Source of the DNA: Nitrosopumilus sp.
Lineage (GTDB): Archaea > Thermoproteota > Nitrososphaeria > Nitrososphaerales > Nitrosopumilaceae
Assembly (NCBI GenBank): GCA_965207445.1
Contig: CBDBLX010000002.1
Location: forward strand, 1,463,849 to 1,527,848
DNA: 64,000 nt
Direction: 5' to 3'
Part shown: positions 22,801 to 36,990 of the stretch, one piece after another
Layout: the number at the start of each line of letters is the position of its first letter
Position numbering within the stretch: position 1 is the stretch's first letter
Made by a program: the position numbers and the translations under genes
The notes under the pieces: model-generated
The model's input: the letters and a program-made list of their open reading frames with translations, nothing else
What the model was told of the DNA's origin: nothing
Databases searched by the model: none

Positions 22801-25800
22801 TGATGCATCAGGTGGCCCATATACCGTAACACACAACGCAACTGGAAATGTACAGACCACATCAGGTGCTAGTAATGTGACCGTATCATTTGGTGTTGGT
22901 AGGATTATAGTGCAGTGGAGCGTTATGGATCCCTCAGATAACATAGGTACTGCTCTCCAAATGGTGGACGTCACAGACACCACCCCGCCTACTATCACCC
23001 TGACTGGGTCGGCTTCTGTCACCGTGACGTTGGGTGACACATATGAAGAAGAGGGAGCAGTCTGCTCTGATATTGTGGATGCTGACAAGCCAGCCACTGT
23101 AGGGGGCGACACAGTTAACACTGACTCGACGGGTCAATACACCATACAGTATACCTGCACAGATACAGCAGGTAATGAGGCCACACCTGTAGATCGTACC
23201 GTGACCGTCCATGATCCGACAGCTCCGTCTGTTGTTATAGACAACGTAACAATGGAGGCAACAGGTGCCACGACTAGTGTCAATATTGGCTATCCAGAGA
23301 TAACTGATGCATCAGGTGGCCCATATATCGTAACACACAACGCAACTGGAAATGTACAGACCACATCAGGTGCTAGTAATGTGACCGTATCACTTGGTGT
23401 TGGTAGGATTATAGTGCAGTGGAACGTCACGGATCCCTCAAATAACATAGGTACTGCGCTCCAAATGGTGGACGTCACAGACACCACCCCGCCATCTGTT
23501 GTTATAGACGACGTAACAATGGAAGCAACAGGTGCCACAACTAGTGTCAATATTGGCTATCCAGAGATAACTGATGCATCAGGTGGCCCATATATCGTAA
23601 CACACAACGCAACTGGAAATGTACAGACCACATCAGGTGCTAGTAATGTGACCGTATCATTTGGTGTTGGTAGGATTATAGTGCAGTGGAGCGTTATGGA
23701 TCCCTCAGATAACATAGGTACTGCTCTCCAAATGGTGGACGTCACAGACACCACCCCGCCTACTATCACCCTGACTGGGTCGGCTTCTGTCACCGTGACG
23801 CTGGGTGACACATATGAAGAAGAGGGAGCAGTCTGCTCTGATATTGTGGATGCTGACAAGCCAGCCACTGTAGGGGGCGACACAGTTAACACTGACTCGA
23901 CGGGTCAATACACCATACAGTATACCTGCACAGATACAGCAGGTAATGAGGCCACACCTGTAGATCGTACCGTGACCGTCCATGATCCGACAGCTCCGTC
24001 TGTTGTTATAGACAACGTAACAATGGAAGCAACAGGTGCCACAACTAGTGTCAATATTGGCTATCCAGAGATAACTGATGCATCAGGTGGCCCATATATC
24101 GTAACACACAACGCAACTGGAAATGTACAGACCACATCAACTAGTAATGTGACCGTATCACTTGGTGTTGGTAGGATTATAGTGCAGTGGAACGTCACAG
24201 ATCCCTCAAATAACATAGGTACTGCGCTCCAAATGGTGGACGTCACAGACACCACCCCGCCATCTGTTGTTATAGACAACATAACAATGGAAGCAACAGG
24301 TGCCACAACTAGTGTCAACATTGGCTATCCAGAGATAACTGATGCATCAGGTGGCCCATATATCGTAACACACAACGCAACTGGAAATGTACAGACCACA
24401 CCAGATGCTAGTAATGTGACCGTATCACTTGGTGTTGGTATGATTATAGTGCAGTGGAGCGTTATGGATCCCTCAGATAACATAGGTACTGCTCTCCAAA
24501 TGGTGGACGTCACAGACACCACCCCGCCTACTATCACCCTGACTGGGTCGGCTTCTGTCACCGTGACGTTGGGTGACACATATGAAGAAGAGGGAGCAGT
24601 CTGCTCTGATATTGTGGATGCTGACAAGCCAGCCACTGTAGGGGGCGACACAGTTAACACTGACTCGACGGGTCAATACACCATACAGTATACCTGCACA
24701 GATACAGCAGGTAATGAGGCCACACCTGTAGATCGTACCGTGACCGTCCATGATCCGACAGCTCCGTCTGTTGTTATAGACAACGTAACAATGGAGGCAA
24801 CAGGTGCCACAACTAGTGTCAATATTGGCTATCCAGAGATAACTGATGCATCAGGTGGCCCATATATCGTAACACATAACGCAACTGGAAATGTACAGAC
24901 CACATCAGGTGCTAGTAATGTGACCGTATCACTTGGTGTTGGTAGGATTATAGTGCAGTGGAACGTCACGGATCCCTCAAATAACATAGGTACTGCTCTC
25001 CAAATGGTGGACGTCACAGACACCACCCCGCCATCTGTTGTTATAGACAACGTAACAATGGAAGCAACAGGTGCCACAACTAGTGTCAATATTGGCTATC
25101 CAGAGATAACTGATGCATCAGGTGGCCCATATACCGTAACACACAACGCAACTGGAAATGTACAGACCACATCAGGTGCTAGTAATGTGACCGTATCATT
25201 TGGTGTTGGTAGGATTATAGTGCAGTGGAGCGTTATGGATCCCTCAGATAACATAGGTACTGCTCTCCAAATGGTGGACGTCACAGACACCACCCCGCCT
25301 ACTATCACCCTGACTGGGTGGCTTCTGTCACCGTGACGTTGGGTGACACATATGAAGAAGAGGGAGCAGTCTGCTCTGATATTGTGGATGCTGACAAGCC
25401 AGCCACTGTAGGGGGCGACACAGTTAACACTGACTCGACGGGTCAATACACCATACAGTATACCTGCACAGATACAGCAGGTAATGAGGCCACACCTGTA
25501 GATCGTACCGTGACCGTCCATGATCCGACAGCTCCGTCTGTTGTTATAGACAACGTAACAATGGAAGCAACAGGTGCCACAACTAGTGTCAATATTGGCT
25601 ATCCAGAGATAACTGATGCATCAGGTGGCCCATATATCGTAACACACAACGCAACTGGAAATGTACAGACCACATCAGGTGCTAGTAATGTGACCGTATC
25701 ATTTGGTGTTGGTAGGATTATAGTGCAGTGGAGCGTTATGGATCCCTCAAATAACATAGGTACTGCTCTCCAAATGGTGGACGTCACAGACACCACCCCG

Positions 25801-28800
25801 CCTACTATCACCCTGACTGGGTCGGCTTCTGTCACCGTGACGTTGGGTGACACATATGAAGAAGAGGGAGCAGTCTGCTCTGATATTGTGGATGCTGACA
25901 AGCCAGCCACTGTAGGGGGCGACACAGTTAACACTGACTCGACGGGTCAATACACTATACAGTATACCTGCACAGATACAGCAGGTAATGAGGCCACACC
26001 TGTAGATCGTACCGTGACCGTCCATGATCCGACAGCTCCGTCTGTTTCCATCAACGACGTAACAATGGAGGCAACAGGTGCCACAACTAGTGTCAATATT
26101 GGCTATCCAGAGATAACTGATGCATCAGGTGGCCCATATATCGTAACACACAACGCAACTGGAAATGTACAGACCACATCAGGTGCTAGTAATGTGACCG
26201 TATCACTTGGTGTTGGTAGGATTATAGTGCAGTGGAGCGTCATGGATCCCTCAGATAACATAGGTACTGCTCTCCAAATGGTGGACGTCACAGACACCAC
26301 CCCGCCTACTATCACCCTGACTGGGTCGGCTTCTGTCACCGTGACGCTGGGTGACACATATGAAGAAGAGGGAGCAGTCTGCTCTGATATTGTGGATGCT
26401 GACAAGCCAGCCACTGTAGGGGGCGACACAGTTAACACTGACTCGACGGGTCAATACACCATACAGTATACCTGCACAGATACAGCAGGTAATGAGGCCA
26501 CACCTGTAGATCGTACCGTGACCGTCCATGATCCGACAGCTCCGTCTATTTCCATCAACGACGTAACAATGGAAGCAACAGGTGCCACAACTAGTGTCAA
26601 TATTGGCTATCCAGAGATAACTGATGCATCAGGTGGCCCATATATCGTAACACACAACGCAACTGGAAATGTACAGACCACACCAGATACTAGTAATGTG
26701 ACCGTATCACTTGGTGTGGGTATGATTATAGTGCAGTGGAACGTCACAGATCCCTCAAATAACATAGGTACTGCTCTCCAAATGGTGGACGTCACAGACA
26801 CCACCCCGCCATCTGTTGTTATAGACAACATAACAATGGAAGCAACAGGTGCCACAACTAGTGTCAATATTGGCTATCCAGAGATAACTGATGCATCAGG
26901 TGGCCCATATATCGTAACACACAACGCAACTGGAAATGTACAGACCACACCAGGTGCTAGTAATGTGACCGTATCACTTGGTGTTGGTAGGATTATAGTG
27001 CAGTGGAGCGTTATGGATCCCTCAGATAACATAGGTACTGCTCTCCAAATGGTGGACGTCACAGACACCACCCCGCCTACTATCACCCTGACTGGGTCGG
27101 CTTCTGTCACCGTGACGCTGGGTGACACATATGAAGAAGAGGGAGCAGTCTGCTCTGATATTGTGGATGCTGACAAGCCAGCCACTGTAGGGGGCGACAC
27201 AGTTAACACTGACTCGACTGGTCAATATACTGTGCAGTATACCTGCACAGATACAGCAGGTAATGAGGCCACACCTGTAGATCGTACCGTGACCGTCCAT
27301 GATCCGACAGCTCCGTCTGTTGTTATAGACAACGTAACAATGGAGGCAACAGGTGCCACAACTAGTGTCAATATTGGCTATCCAGAGATAACTGATGCAT
27401 CAGGTGGCCCATATATCGTAACACATAACGCAACTGGAAATGTACAGACCACATCAGGTGCTAGTAATGTGACCGTATCATTTGGTGTTGGTAGGATTAT
27501 AGTGCAGTGGAGCGTCACGGATCCCTCAGATAACATAGGTACTGCTCTCCAAATGGTGGACGTCACAGACACCACCCCGCCTACTATCACCCTGACTGGG
27601 TCGGCTTCTGTCACCGTGACGCTGGGTGACACATATGAAGAAGAGGGAGCAGTCTGCTCTGATATTGTGGATGCTGACAAGCCAGCCACTGTAGGGGGCG
27701 ACACAGTTAACACTGACTCGACGGGTCAATACACCATACAGTATACCTGCACAGATACAGCAGGTAATGAGGCCACACCTGTAGATCGTACCGTGACCGT
27801 CCATGATCCGACAGCTCCGTCTATTTCCATCAACGACGTAACAATGGAAGCAACAGGTGCCACAACTAGTGTCAATATTGGCTATCCAGAGATAACTGAT
27901 GCATCAGGTGGCCCATATATCGTAACACATAACGCAACTGGAAATGTACAGACCACATCAGGTGCTAGTAATGTGACCGTATCACTTGGTGTTGGTAGGA
28001 TTATAGTGCAGTGGAGCGTCATGGATCCCTCAAATAACATAGGTACTGCTCTCCAAATGGTGGACGTCACAGACACCACCCCGCCTACTATCACCCTGAC
28101 TGGGTCGGCTTCTGTCACCGTGACGCTGGGTGACACATATGAAGAAGAGGGAGCAGTCTGCTCTGATATTGTGGATGCTGACAAGCCAGCCACTGTAGGG
28201 GGCGACACAGTTAACACTGACTCGACGGGTCAATACACCATACAGTATACCTGCACAGATACAGCAGGTAATGAGGCCACACCTGTAGATCGTACCGTGA
28301 CCGTCCATGATCCGACAGCTCCGTCTATTTCCATCAACGACGTAACAATGGAAGCAACAGGTGCCACAACTAGTGTCAACATTGGCTATCCAGAGATAAC
28401 TGATGCATCAGGTGGCCCATATATCGTAACACACAACGCAACTGGAAATGTACAGACCACACCAGATACTAGTAATGTGACCGTATCACTTGGTGTGGGT
28501 ATGATTATAGTGCAGTGGAACGTCACGGATCCCTCAAATAACATAGGTACTGCTCTCCAAATGGTGGACGTCACAGACACCACCCCGCCATCTGTTGTTA
28601 TAGACAACATAACAATGGAAGCAACAGGTGCCACAACTAGTGTCAACATTGGCTATCCAGAGATAACTGATGCATCAGGTGGCCCATATATCGTAACACA
28701 CAACGCAACTGGAAATGTACAGACCACACCAGATACTAGTAATGTGACCGTATCACTTGGTGTGGGTATGATTATAGTGCAGTGGAGCGTCACGGATCCC

Positions 28801-31800
28801 TCAGATAACATAGGTACTGCTCTCCAAATGGTGACGTCACAGACACCACCCCGCCTACTATCACCCTGACTGGGTCGGCTTCTGTCACCGTGACGCTGGG
28901 CGGCACATATGAAGAAGAGGGGGCAGTCTGCTCTGATATTGTGGATGCTGACAAGCCAGCCACTGTAGGGGGCGACACAGTTAACACTGACTCGACTGGT
29001 CAATATACACCATACAGTATACCTGCACAGATACAGCAGGTAATGAGGCCACACCTGTAGATCGTACCGTGACCGTCCATGATCCGACAGCTCCGTCTGT
29101 TGTTATAGACAACGTAACAATGGAAGCAACAGGTGCCACAACTAGTGTCAATATTGGCTATCCAGAGATAACTGATGCATCAGGTGGCCCATATATCGTA
29201 ACACATAACGCAACTGGAAATGTACAGACCACATCAGGTGCTAGTAATGTGACCGTATCACTTGGTGTTGGTAGGATTATAGTGCAGTGGAGCGTCACGG
29301 ATCCCTCAGATAACATAGGTACTGCTCTCCAAATGGTGGACGTCACAGACACCACCCCGCCTACTATCACCCTGACTGGGTCGGCTTCTGTCACCGTGAC
29401 GCTGGGCGACACATATGAAGAAGAGGGGGCAGTCTGCTCTGATATTGTGGATGCTGACAAGCCAGCCACTGTAGGGGGCGACACAGTTAACACTGACTCG
29501 ACGGGTCAATACACATACAGTATACCTGCACAGATACAGCAGGTAATGAGGCCACACCTGTAGATCGTACCGTGACCGTCCATGATCCGACAGCTCCGTC
29601 TGTTGTTATAGACAACGTAACAATGGAAGCAACAGGTGCCACAACTAGTGTCAATATTGGCTATCCAGAGATAACTGATGCATCAGGTGGCCCATATATC
29701 GTAACACACAACGCAACTGGAAATGTACAGACCACATCAGGTGCTAGTAATGTGACCGTATCACTTGGTGTTGGTAGGATTATAGTGCAGTGGAGCGTCA
29801 CGGATCCCTCAGATAACATAGGTACTGCTCTCCAAATGGTGGACGTCACAGACACCACCCCGCCTACTATCACCCTGACTGGGTCGGCTTCTGTCACCGT
29901 GACGCTGGGCGGCACATATGAAGAAGAGGGAGCAGTCTGCTCTGATATTGTGGATGCTGACAAGTCAGCCACTGTAGGGGGCGACACAGTTAACACTGAC
30001 TCGACGGGTCAATACACTATACAGTATACCTGCACAGATACAGCAGGTAATGAGGCCACACCTGTAGATCGTACCGTGACCGTCCATGATCCGACAGCTC
30101 CGTCTATTTCCATCAACGACGTAACAATGGAAGCAACAGGTGCCACAACTAGTGTCAACATTGGCTATCCAGAGATAACTGATGCATCAGGTGGCCCATA
30201 TATCGTAACACACAACGCAACTGGAAATGTACAGACCACACCAGATACTAGTAATGTGACCGTATCACTTGGTGTGGGTATGATTATAGTGCAGTGGAGC
30301 GTCACGGATCCCTCAGATAACATAGGTACTGCGCTCCAAATGGTGGACGTCACAGACACCACCCCGCCTACTATCACCCTGACTGGGTCGGCTTCTGTCA
30401 CCGTGACGCTGGGCGGCACATATGAGGAACAAGGAGCCGTCTGCTCTGATATTGTGGATGCTGACAAGTCAGCCACTGTAGGGGGCGACACAGTTAACAC
30501 TGACTCGACGGGTCAATACACCATACAGTACACCTGCACAGATACAGCAGGTAATGAGGCCACACCTGTAGATCGTACCGTGACCGTCCATGATCCGACA
30601 GCTCCGTCTATTTCCATCAACGACGTAACAATGGAAGCAACAGGTGCCACAACTAGTGTCAACATTGGCTATCCAGAGATAACTGATGCATCAGGTGGCC
30701 CATATATCGTAACACACAACGCAACTGGAAATGTACAGACCACACCAGATACTAGTAATGTGACCGTATCACTTGGTGTGGGTATGATTATAGTGCAGTG
30801 GAACGTCACGGATCCCTCAGATAACATAGGTACTGCTCTCCAAATGGTGGACGTCACAGACACCACCCCGCCATCTGTTGTTATAGACAACATAACAATG
30901 GAAGCAACAGGTGCCACAACTAGTGTCAACATTGGCTATCCAGAGATAACTGATGCATCAGGTGGCCCATATATCGTAACACACAACGCAACTGGAAATG
31001 TACAGACCACACCAGATACTAGTAATGTGACCGTATCACTTGGTGTGGGTATGATTATAGTGCAGTGGAGCGTCACGGATCCCTCAGATAACATAGGTAC
31101 TGCGCTCCAAATGGTGGACGTCACAGACACCACCCCGCCTACTATCACCCTGACTGGGTCGGCTTCTGTCACCGTGACGCTGGGCGGCACATATGAAGAA
31201 GAGGGGGCAGTCTGCTCTGATATTGTGGATGCTGACAAGTCAGCCACTGTAGGGGGCGACACAGTTAACACTGACTCGACGGGTCAATACACTATACAGT
31301 ATACCTGCACAGATACAGCAGGTAACGAGGCCACACCTGTAGATCGTACCGTGACCGTCCATGATCCGACAGCTCCGTCTATTTCCATCAACGACGTAAC
31401 AATGGAAGCAACAGGTGCCACAACTAGTGTCAACATTGGCTATCCAGAGATAACTGATGCATCAGGTGGCCCATATATCGTAACACACAACGCAACTGGA
31501 AATGTACAGACCACACCAGATACTAGTAATGTGACCGTATCACTTGGTGTGGGTATGATTATAGTGCAGTGGAGCGTCACGGATCCCTCAGATAACATAG
31601 GTACTGCGCTCCAAATGGTGGACGTCACAGACACCACCCCGCCTACTATCACCCTGACTGGGTCGGCTTCTGTCACCGTGACGCTGGGCGGCACATATGA
31701 GGAACAAGGAGCCGTCTGCTCTGATATTGTGGATGCTGACAAGTCAGCCACTGTAGGGGGCGACACAGTTAACACTGACTCGACGGGTCAATACACCATA

Positions 31801-34800
31801 CAGTACACCTGCACAGATACAGCAGGTAATGAGGCCACACCTGTAGATCGTACCGTGACCGTCCATGATCCGACAGCTCCGTCTATTTCCATCAACGACG
31901 TAACAATGGAAGCAACAGGTGCCACAACTAGTGTCAACATTGGCTATCCAGAGATAACTGATGCATCAGGTGGCCCATATATCGTAACACACAACGCAAC
32001 TGGAAATGTACAGACCACACCAGATACTAGTAATGTGACCGTATCACTTGGTGTGGGTATGATTATAGTGCAGTGGAACGTCACGGATCCCTCAGATAAC
32101 ATAGGTACTGCTCTCCAAATGGTGGACGTCACAGACACCACCCCGCCATCTGTTGTTATAGACAACATAACAATGGAAGCAACAGGTGCCACAACTAGTG
32201 TCAACATTGGCTATCCAGAGATAACTGATGCATCAGGTGGCCCATATATCGTAACACACAACGCAACTGGAAATGTACAGACCACACCAGATACTAGTAA
32301 TGTGACCGTATCACTTGGTGTGGGTATGATTATAGTGCAGTGGAGCGTCACGGATCCCTCAGATAACATAGGTACTGCGCTCCAAATGGTGGACGTCACA
32401 GACACCACCCCGCCTACTATCACCCTGACTGGGTCGGCTTCTGTCACCGTGACGCTGGGCGGCACATATGAAGAAGAGGGGGCAGTCTGCTCTGATATTG
32501 TGGATGCTGACAAGTCAGCCACTGTAGGGGGCGACACAGTTAACACTGACTCGACGGGTCAATACACTATACAGTATACCTGCACAGATACAGCAGGTAA
32601 CGAGGCCACACCTGTAAGCCGCACCGTGACCGTCCATATGGCGCCCGATACCACCTCACCGTCTATTTCCATCAACGACGTAACAATGGAAGCAACAGGT
32701 GCCACAACTAGTGTCAATATTGGTTATCCAGAGATAACTGATGCATCAGGTGGCCCATATACCGTAACACACAACGCAACTGGAAATGTACAGACCACAC
32801 CAGATACTAGTAATGTGACCGTATCACTTGGTGTGGGTATGATTATAGTGCAGTGGAGCGTCACGGATCCCTCAGATAACATAGGTACTGCGCTCCAAAT
32901 GGTGGACGTCACAGACACCACCCCGCCTACTATCACCCTGACTGGGTCGGCTTCTGTCACCGTGACGCTGGGCGGCACATATGAAGAAGAGGGGGCAGTC
33001 TGCTCTGATATTGTGGATGCTGACAAGTCAGCCACTGTAGGGGGCGACACAGTTAACACTGACTCGACGGGTCAATACACTATACAGTATACCTGCACAG
33101 ATACAGCAGGTAACGAGGCCACACCTGTAAGCCGCACCGTGACCGTCCATATGGCGCCCGATACCACCTCACCGTCTATTTCCATCAACGACGTAACAAT
33201 GGAAGCAACAGGTGCCACAACTAGTGTCAATATTGGTTATCCAGAGATAACTGATGCATCAGGTGGCCCATATACCGTAACACACAACGCAACTGGAAAT
33301 GTACAGACCACACCAGATACTAGTAATGTGACCGTATCACTTGGTGTGGGTATGATTATAGTGCAGTGGAACGTCACGGATCCCTCAAATAACATAGGTA
33401 CTGCTCTCCAAATGGTGGACGTCACAGACACCACCCCGCCTACTATCACCCTGACTGGGTCGGCTTCTGTCACAATAACCATAGGAAACTCATATGTGGA
33501 TGCAGGGGCCGTCTGTACAGACTTGGTGGACGGTGATATTGTTCCAGTTCAACTAGGTACGGTAAACGCATTTGCCATAGGTCAGTACACCATACAGTAC
33601 ACATGCACAGACGCAACAGGTAACGAGGCCACACCAGTAAACCGTACCGTGACTGTCAATATGGCGTCCGATACCACCTCACCGTCTATTTCCATTGACG
33701 ACGTAACAATGGAAGCAACAGGTGCCACAACTAGTGTCAATATTGGTTATCCAGAGATAACTGATGCATCAGGTGGCCCATATACCGTAACATATAACGC
33801 AACTGGAAATGTACAGACCACATCAGATGCTAGTAATGTGACCGTATCACTTGGTGTGGGTATGATTATAGTGCAGTGGAGCGTTATGGATCCCTCAAAT
33901 AACATAGGTACTGCGCTCCAAATGGTGGACGTCACAGACACCACCCCGCCTACTATCACCCTGACTGGGTCGGCTTCTGTCACCGTGACGTTTGGTGGCA
34001 CATATGAGGAACAGGGAGCCGTCTGTACAGACTTGGTGGACGGTGATATTGTTCCAGTTCAACTAGGTACGGTAAACGCATTTGACATAGGTCAGTACAC
34101 CATACAGTACACCTGTACAGACGCAGCAGGTAATGAGGCCACACCTGTAAGCCGCACCGTGACTGTCAATATGGCGTCCGATACCACCTCACCGTCTATT
34201 TCCATCAACGACGTAACAATGGAAGCAACAGGTGCCACAACTAGTGTCAATATTGGCTATCCAGAGATAACTGATGCATCAGGTGGCCCATATACCATAA
34301 CACACAACGCAACTGGAAATGTACAGACCACACCAGATACTAGTAATGTGACCGTATCACTTGGTGTTGGTAGGATTATAGTGCAGTGGAACGTCACGGA
34401 TCCCTCAAATAACATAGGTACTGCGCTCCAAATGGTGGACGTCACAGACACCACCCCGCCTACTATCACCCTGATTGGCTCGGCTTCTGTCACCGTGACG
34501 TTGGGCGACACATATGAAGAAGAGGGGGCAGTCTGCTCTGATATTGTGGATGCTGACAAGCCAGCCACTGTAGGGGGCGACACAGTTAACACTGACTCGA
34601 CTGGTCAATACACCATACAGTATACCTGCACAGATACAGCAGGTAATGAGGCCACACCTGTAAGCCGCACCGTGACCGTCCATATGGCGTCCGATACCAC
34701 CTCACCGTCTATTTCCATCAACGACGTAACAATGGAAGCAACAGGTGCCACAACTAGTGTCAATATTGGCTATCCAGAGATAACTGATGCATCAGGTGGC

Positions 34801-36261
34801 CCATATACCGTAACACATAACGCAACTGGAAATGTACAGACCACATCAGGTGCTAGTAATGTGACCGTATCACTTGGTGTTGGTAGTATTATAGTGCAGT
34901 GGAGCGTTATGGATCCCTCAAATAACATAGGTACTGCGCTCCAAATGGTGGACGTCACAGACACCACCCCGCCTACTATCACAATGATTGGCTCGGCTTC
35001 TGTCACCGTGACGTTTGGTGGCACATATGAGGAACAAGGAGCCATCTGTACAGACTTGGTGGACGGTGATATTGTTCCAGTTCAACTAGGTACGGTAAAC
35101 GCATTTGCCATAGGTCAGTACACCATACAGTATACCTGCACAGATACAGCAGGTAATGAGGCCACACCTGTAAGCCGCACCGTGACCGTCCATATGGCGT
35201 CCGATACCACCTCACCGTCTATTTCCATCAACGACGTAACAATGGAAGCAACAGGTGCCACAACTAGTGTCAATATTGGCTATCCAGAGATAACTGATGC
35301 ATCAGGTGGCCCATATACCGTAACACATAACGCAACTGGAAATGTACAGACCACATCAGGTGCTAGTAATGTGACCGTATCACTTGGTGTTGGTAGTATT
35401 ATAGTGCAGTGGATCGTTATGGATCCCTCAAATAACATAGGTACTGCGCTCCAAATGGTGGACGTCACAGACACCACCCCGCCTACTATCACCCTGACTG
35501 GTTCGGCCTCTGTCACAATAACCATAGGAAACTCATATGAAGAACAGGGAGCCGTCTGTACAGACTTGGTGGACGGTGATATTGTTCCAGTTCAACTAGG
35601 TACGGTAAACGCATTTGCCATAGGTCAGTACACCATACAGTACACCTGCACAGACACAGCAGGTAACGAGGCCACACCAGTAAACCGTACCGTGACTGTC
35701 CATATGGCGCCCGACACCACCTCACCGTCTATTTCCATTGACGACGTAACAATGGAAGCAACAGGTGCAACGACTAGGGCCAATATTGGCTATCCAGAGA
35801 TAACTGATGTATCAGGTGGCCCATATACCATAACACATAACGCTACTGGAAATGTACAGACCACATCAGATGCTAGTAATGTGACCGTATCACTTGGTGT
35901 TGGTAAGATGATCGTGCAGTGGATCGTTATGGATCCCTCAAATAACATAGGTACTGCGCTCCAAATGGTGGACGTCACAGACACCACCCCGCCTACTATC
36001 ACAATGATTGGCTCGGCTTCTGTCACAATAACCATAGGAAACTCATATGAAGAACAGGGAGCCGTCTGTACAGACTTGGTGGACGGTAATATTGTTCCAG
36101 TTCAACTAGGTACGGTAAACACATTTGCCATAGGTCAGTACACCATGAAGTACACATGCACAGACACAGCAGGTAATGAGGCCACACCTGTCGGCCGCAC
36201 CATGACTGTCCATATGGCGCCCGACACCACCTCACCGTCTAATTATTCACAATGCAGATAG
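13818..36261 (+). CDS. Giant secreted adhesin-like protein (~7,400 aa if ~10 frameshifts are corrected): FG-GAP x12, FN3 x4, NHL x5, ~39 HYR-like plus ~28 DUF5011-like Ig modules
   Basis: ORFs 13818-19577, 19498-20331, 20304-21026, 21073-21411, 21758-25336, 25318-28869, 29069-29563 and 29572-36261 are collinear pieces of one repeat array, broken mostly by 1-4 bp indels relative to sister repeats. There is an N-terminal hydrophobic signal segment. Confidence 0.85.
14160..16510 (+). repeat. 12 FG-GAP / integrin-alpha beta-propeller repeats; the second set is near-identical with a 204-bp period
   Basis: Repeated FG.SVASIGDINGDGTPDIAVGA...GAV.ILLMN motif with Ca-binding DxNGDG loops. Confidence 0.9.
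17938..18620 (+). repeat. NHL repeats (141-bp / 47-aa period, ~5 copies)
   Basis: FG..GSGDGEF..P.GIAINGTGHVYV.D...RVQIFD consensus. Confidence 0.9.
19180..36240 (+). repeat. 17-kb tandem array of Ig-like modules A (267 bp) and B (~237 bp), arranged as AB (504 bp) and AAB (771 bp) units
   Basis: Counted by eye: ~39 A (VTMEATGATTSVNIGYPEITD..WSVTDPSDN) and ~28 B (TITLTGSASVTVTLG..AVCSD..YTCTD). Confidence 0.92.
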
Positions 36262-36698
36262 CATCTCAGGATTTCAGTCGTAATTGAAATCATGATTTAT
36301 ACTCCTGCCGTGGTTACGGCTGTGTAATCTATAAAAACCATATGTGATATACATGGTACAACAAAACTGGAAATTAGGTGGTAAGAATCATGATGGTAAC
36401 TGTTAACTCCGTGCCTAGATTTTTGCACTATTTTTTGATCCTATCTTGAGTTTGTGCCTAAAAATGTCTATGATTTCAAAATTATGTTAGCTGTTAACCA
36501 TATGTGATAAGCGAAGCGCGGTAAAGTCGGAAATTAGATAGTATTAGTTGTGATTGGGCATAAACTCATCAAATTTTTAGCCATATGGCAACGACCCTAC
36601 CGCCACATTGACATTACATGTAGGGGACTAAACAAGACTATGTATTATGAGCGTTGTTGGGTTTTTGTTTTTTTGTATAAAGTTTCGTGATCTATATA

Positions 36699-36830
36699 AT
36701 CATTCAAAAATAACGCCTAGTCAAATGCAGCGCATGTACAATACTCTATACGAAAACAAAATGTGACCAAATATAAGTATGTGATTTTATTATTATGTCC
36801 AAAGAGCTTGATTCACACAAAAAATACGCG
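36699..36830. repeat. Diverged ~130-bp dispersed repeat, copy 1
   Basis: Aligns with 39328-39458 (tcattcaaaaa..cctagtcaaatg.agcgcatgt..ccaaagag.ttg.ttcacacaa). Confidence 0.8.
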
Positions 36831-36990
36831 CTTTTCATATCAGTTGTAACCGTGCACCTATGTTAATCCCATGAGGCGTTGACAAGGCAACTATTTTGTC
36901 GTTACACTTTCATTTCATGCCTACGGATACGCAGAGTCGTTGATATCTTACGCTAGGAGTGTGTAAGATGCCAAGATCTAGGACTGCCAG

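Noticed and set aside
19550..29520. Frameshifts in the giant gene as programmed frameshifting or phase variation
   Set aside because: They are scattered 1-4 bp indels relative to near-identical sister repeats, typical of unpolished long-read consensus. True pseudogenisation cannot be excluded without reads.
19241..36235. Dozens of repeated minus-strand ORFs in the array
   Set aside because: Antisense shadows of the plus-strand Ig repeats.
13818..36261. Diversity-generating retroelement acting on the repeats
   Set aside because: No reverse transcriptase in the window, and repeat differences are not adenine-specific.
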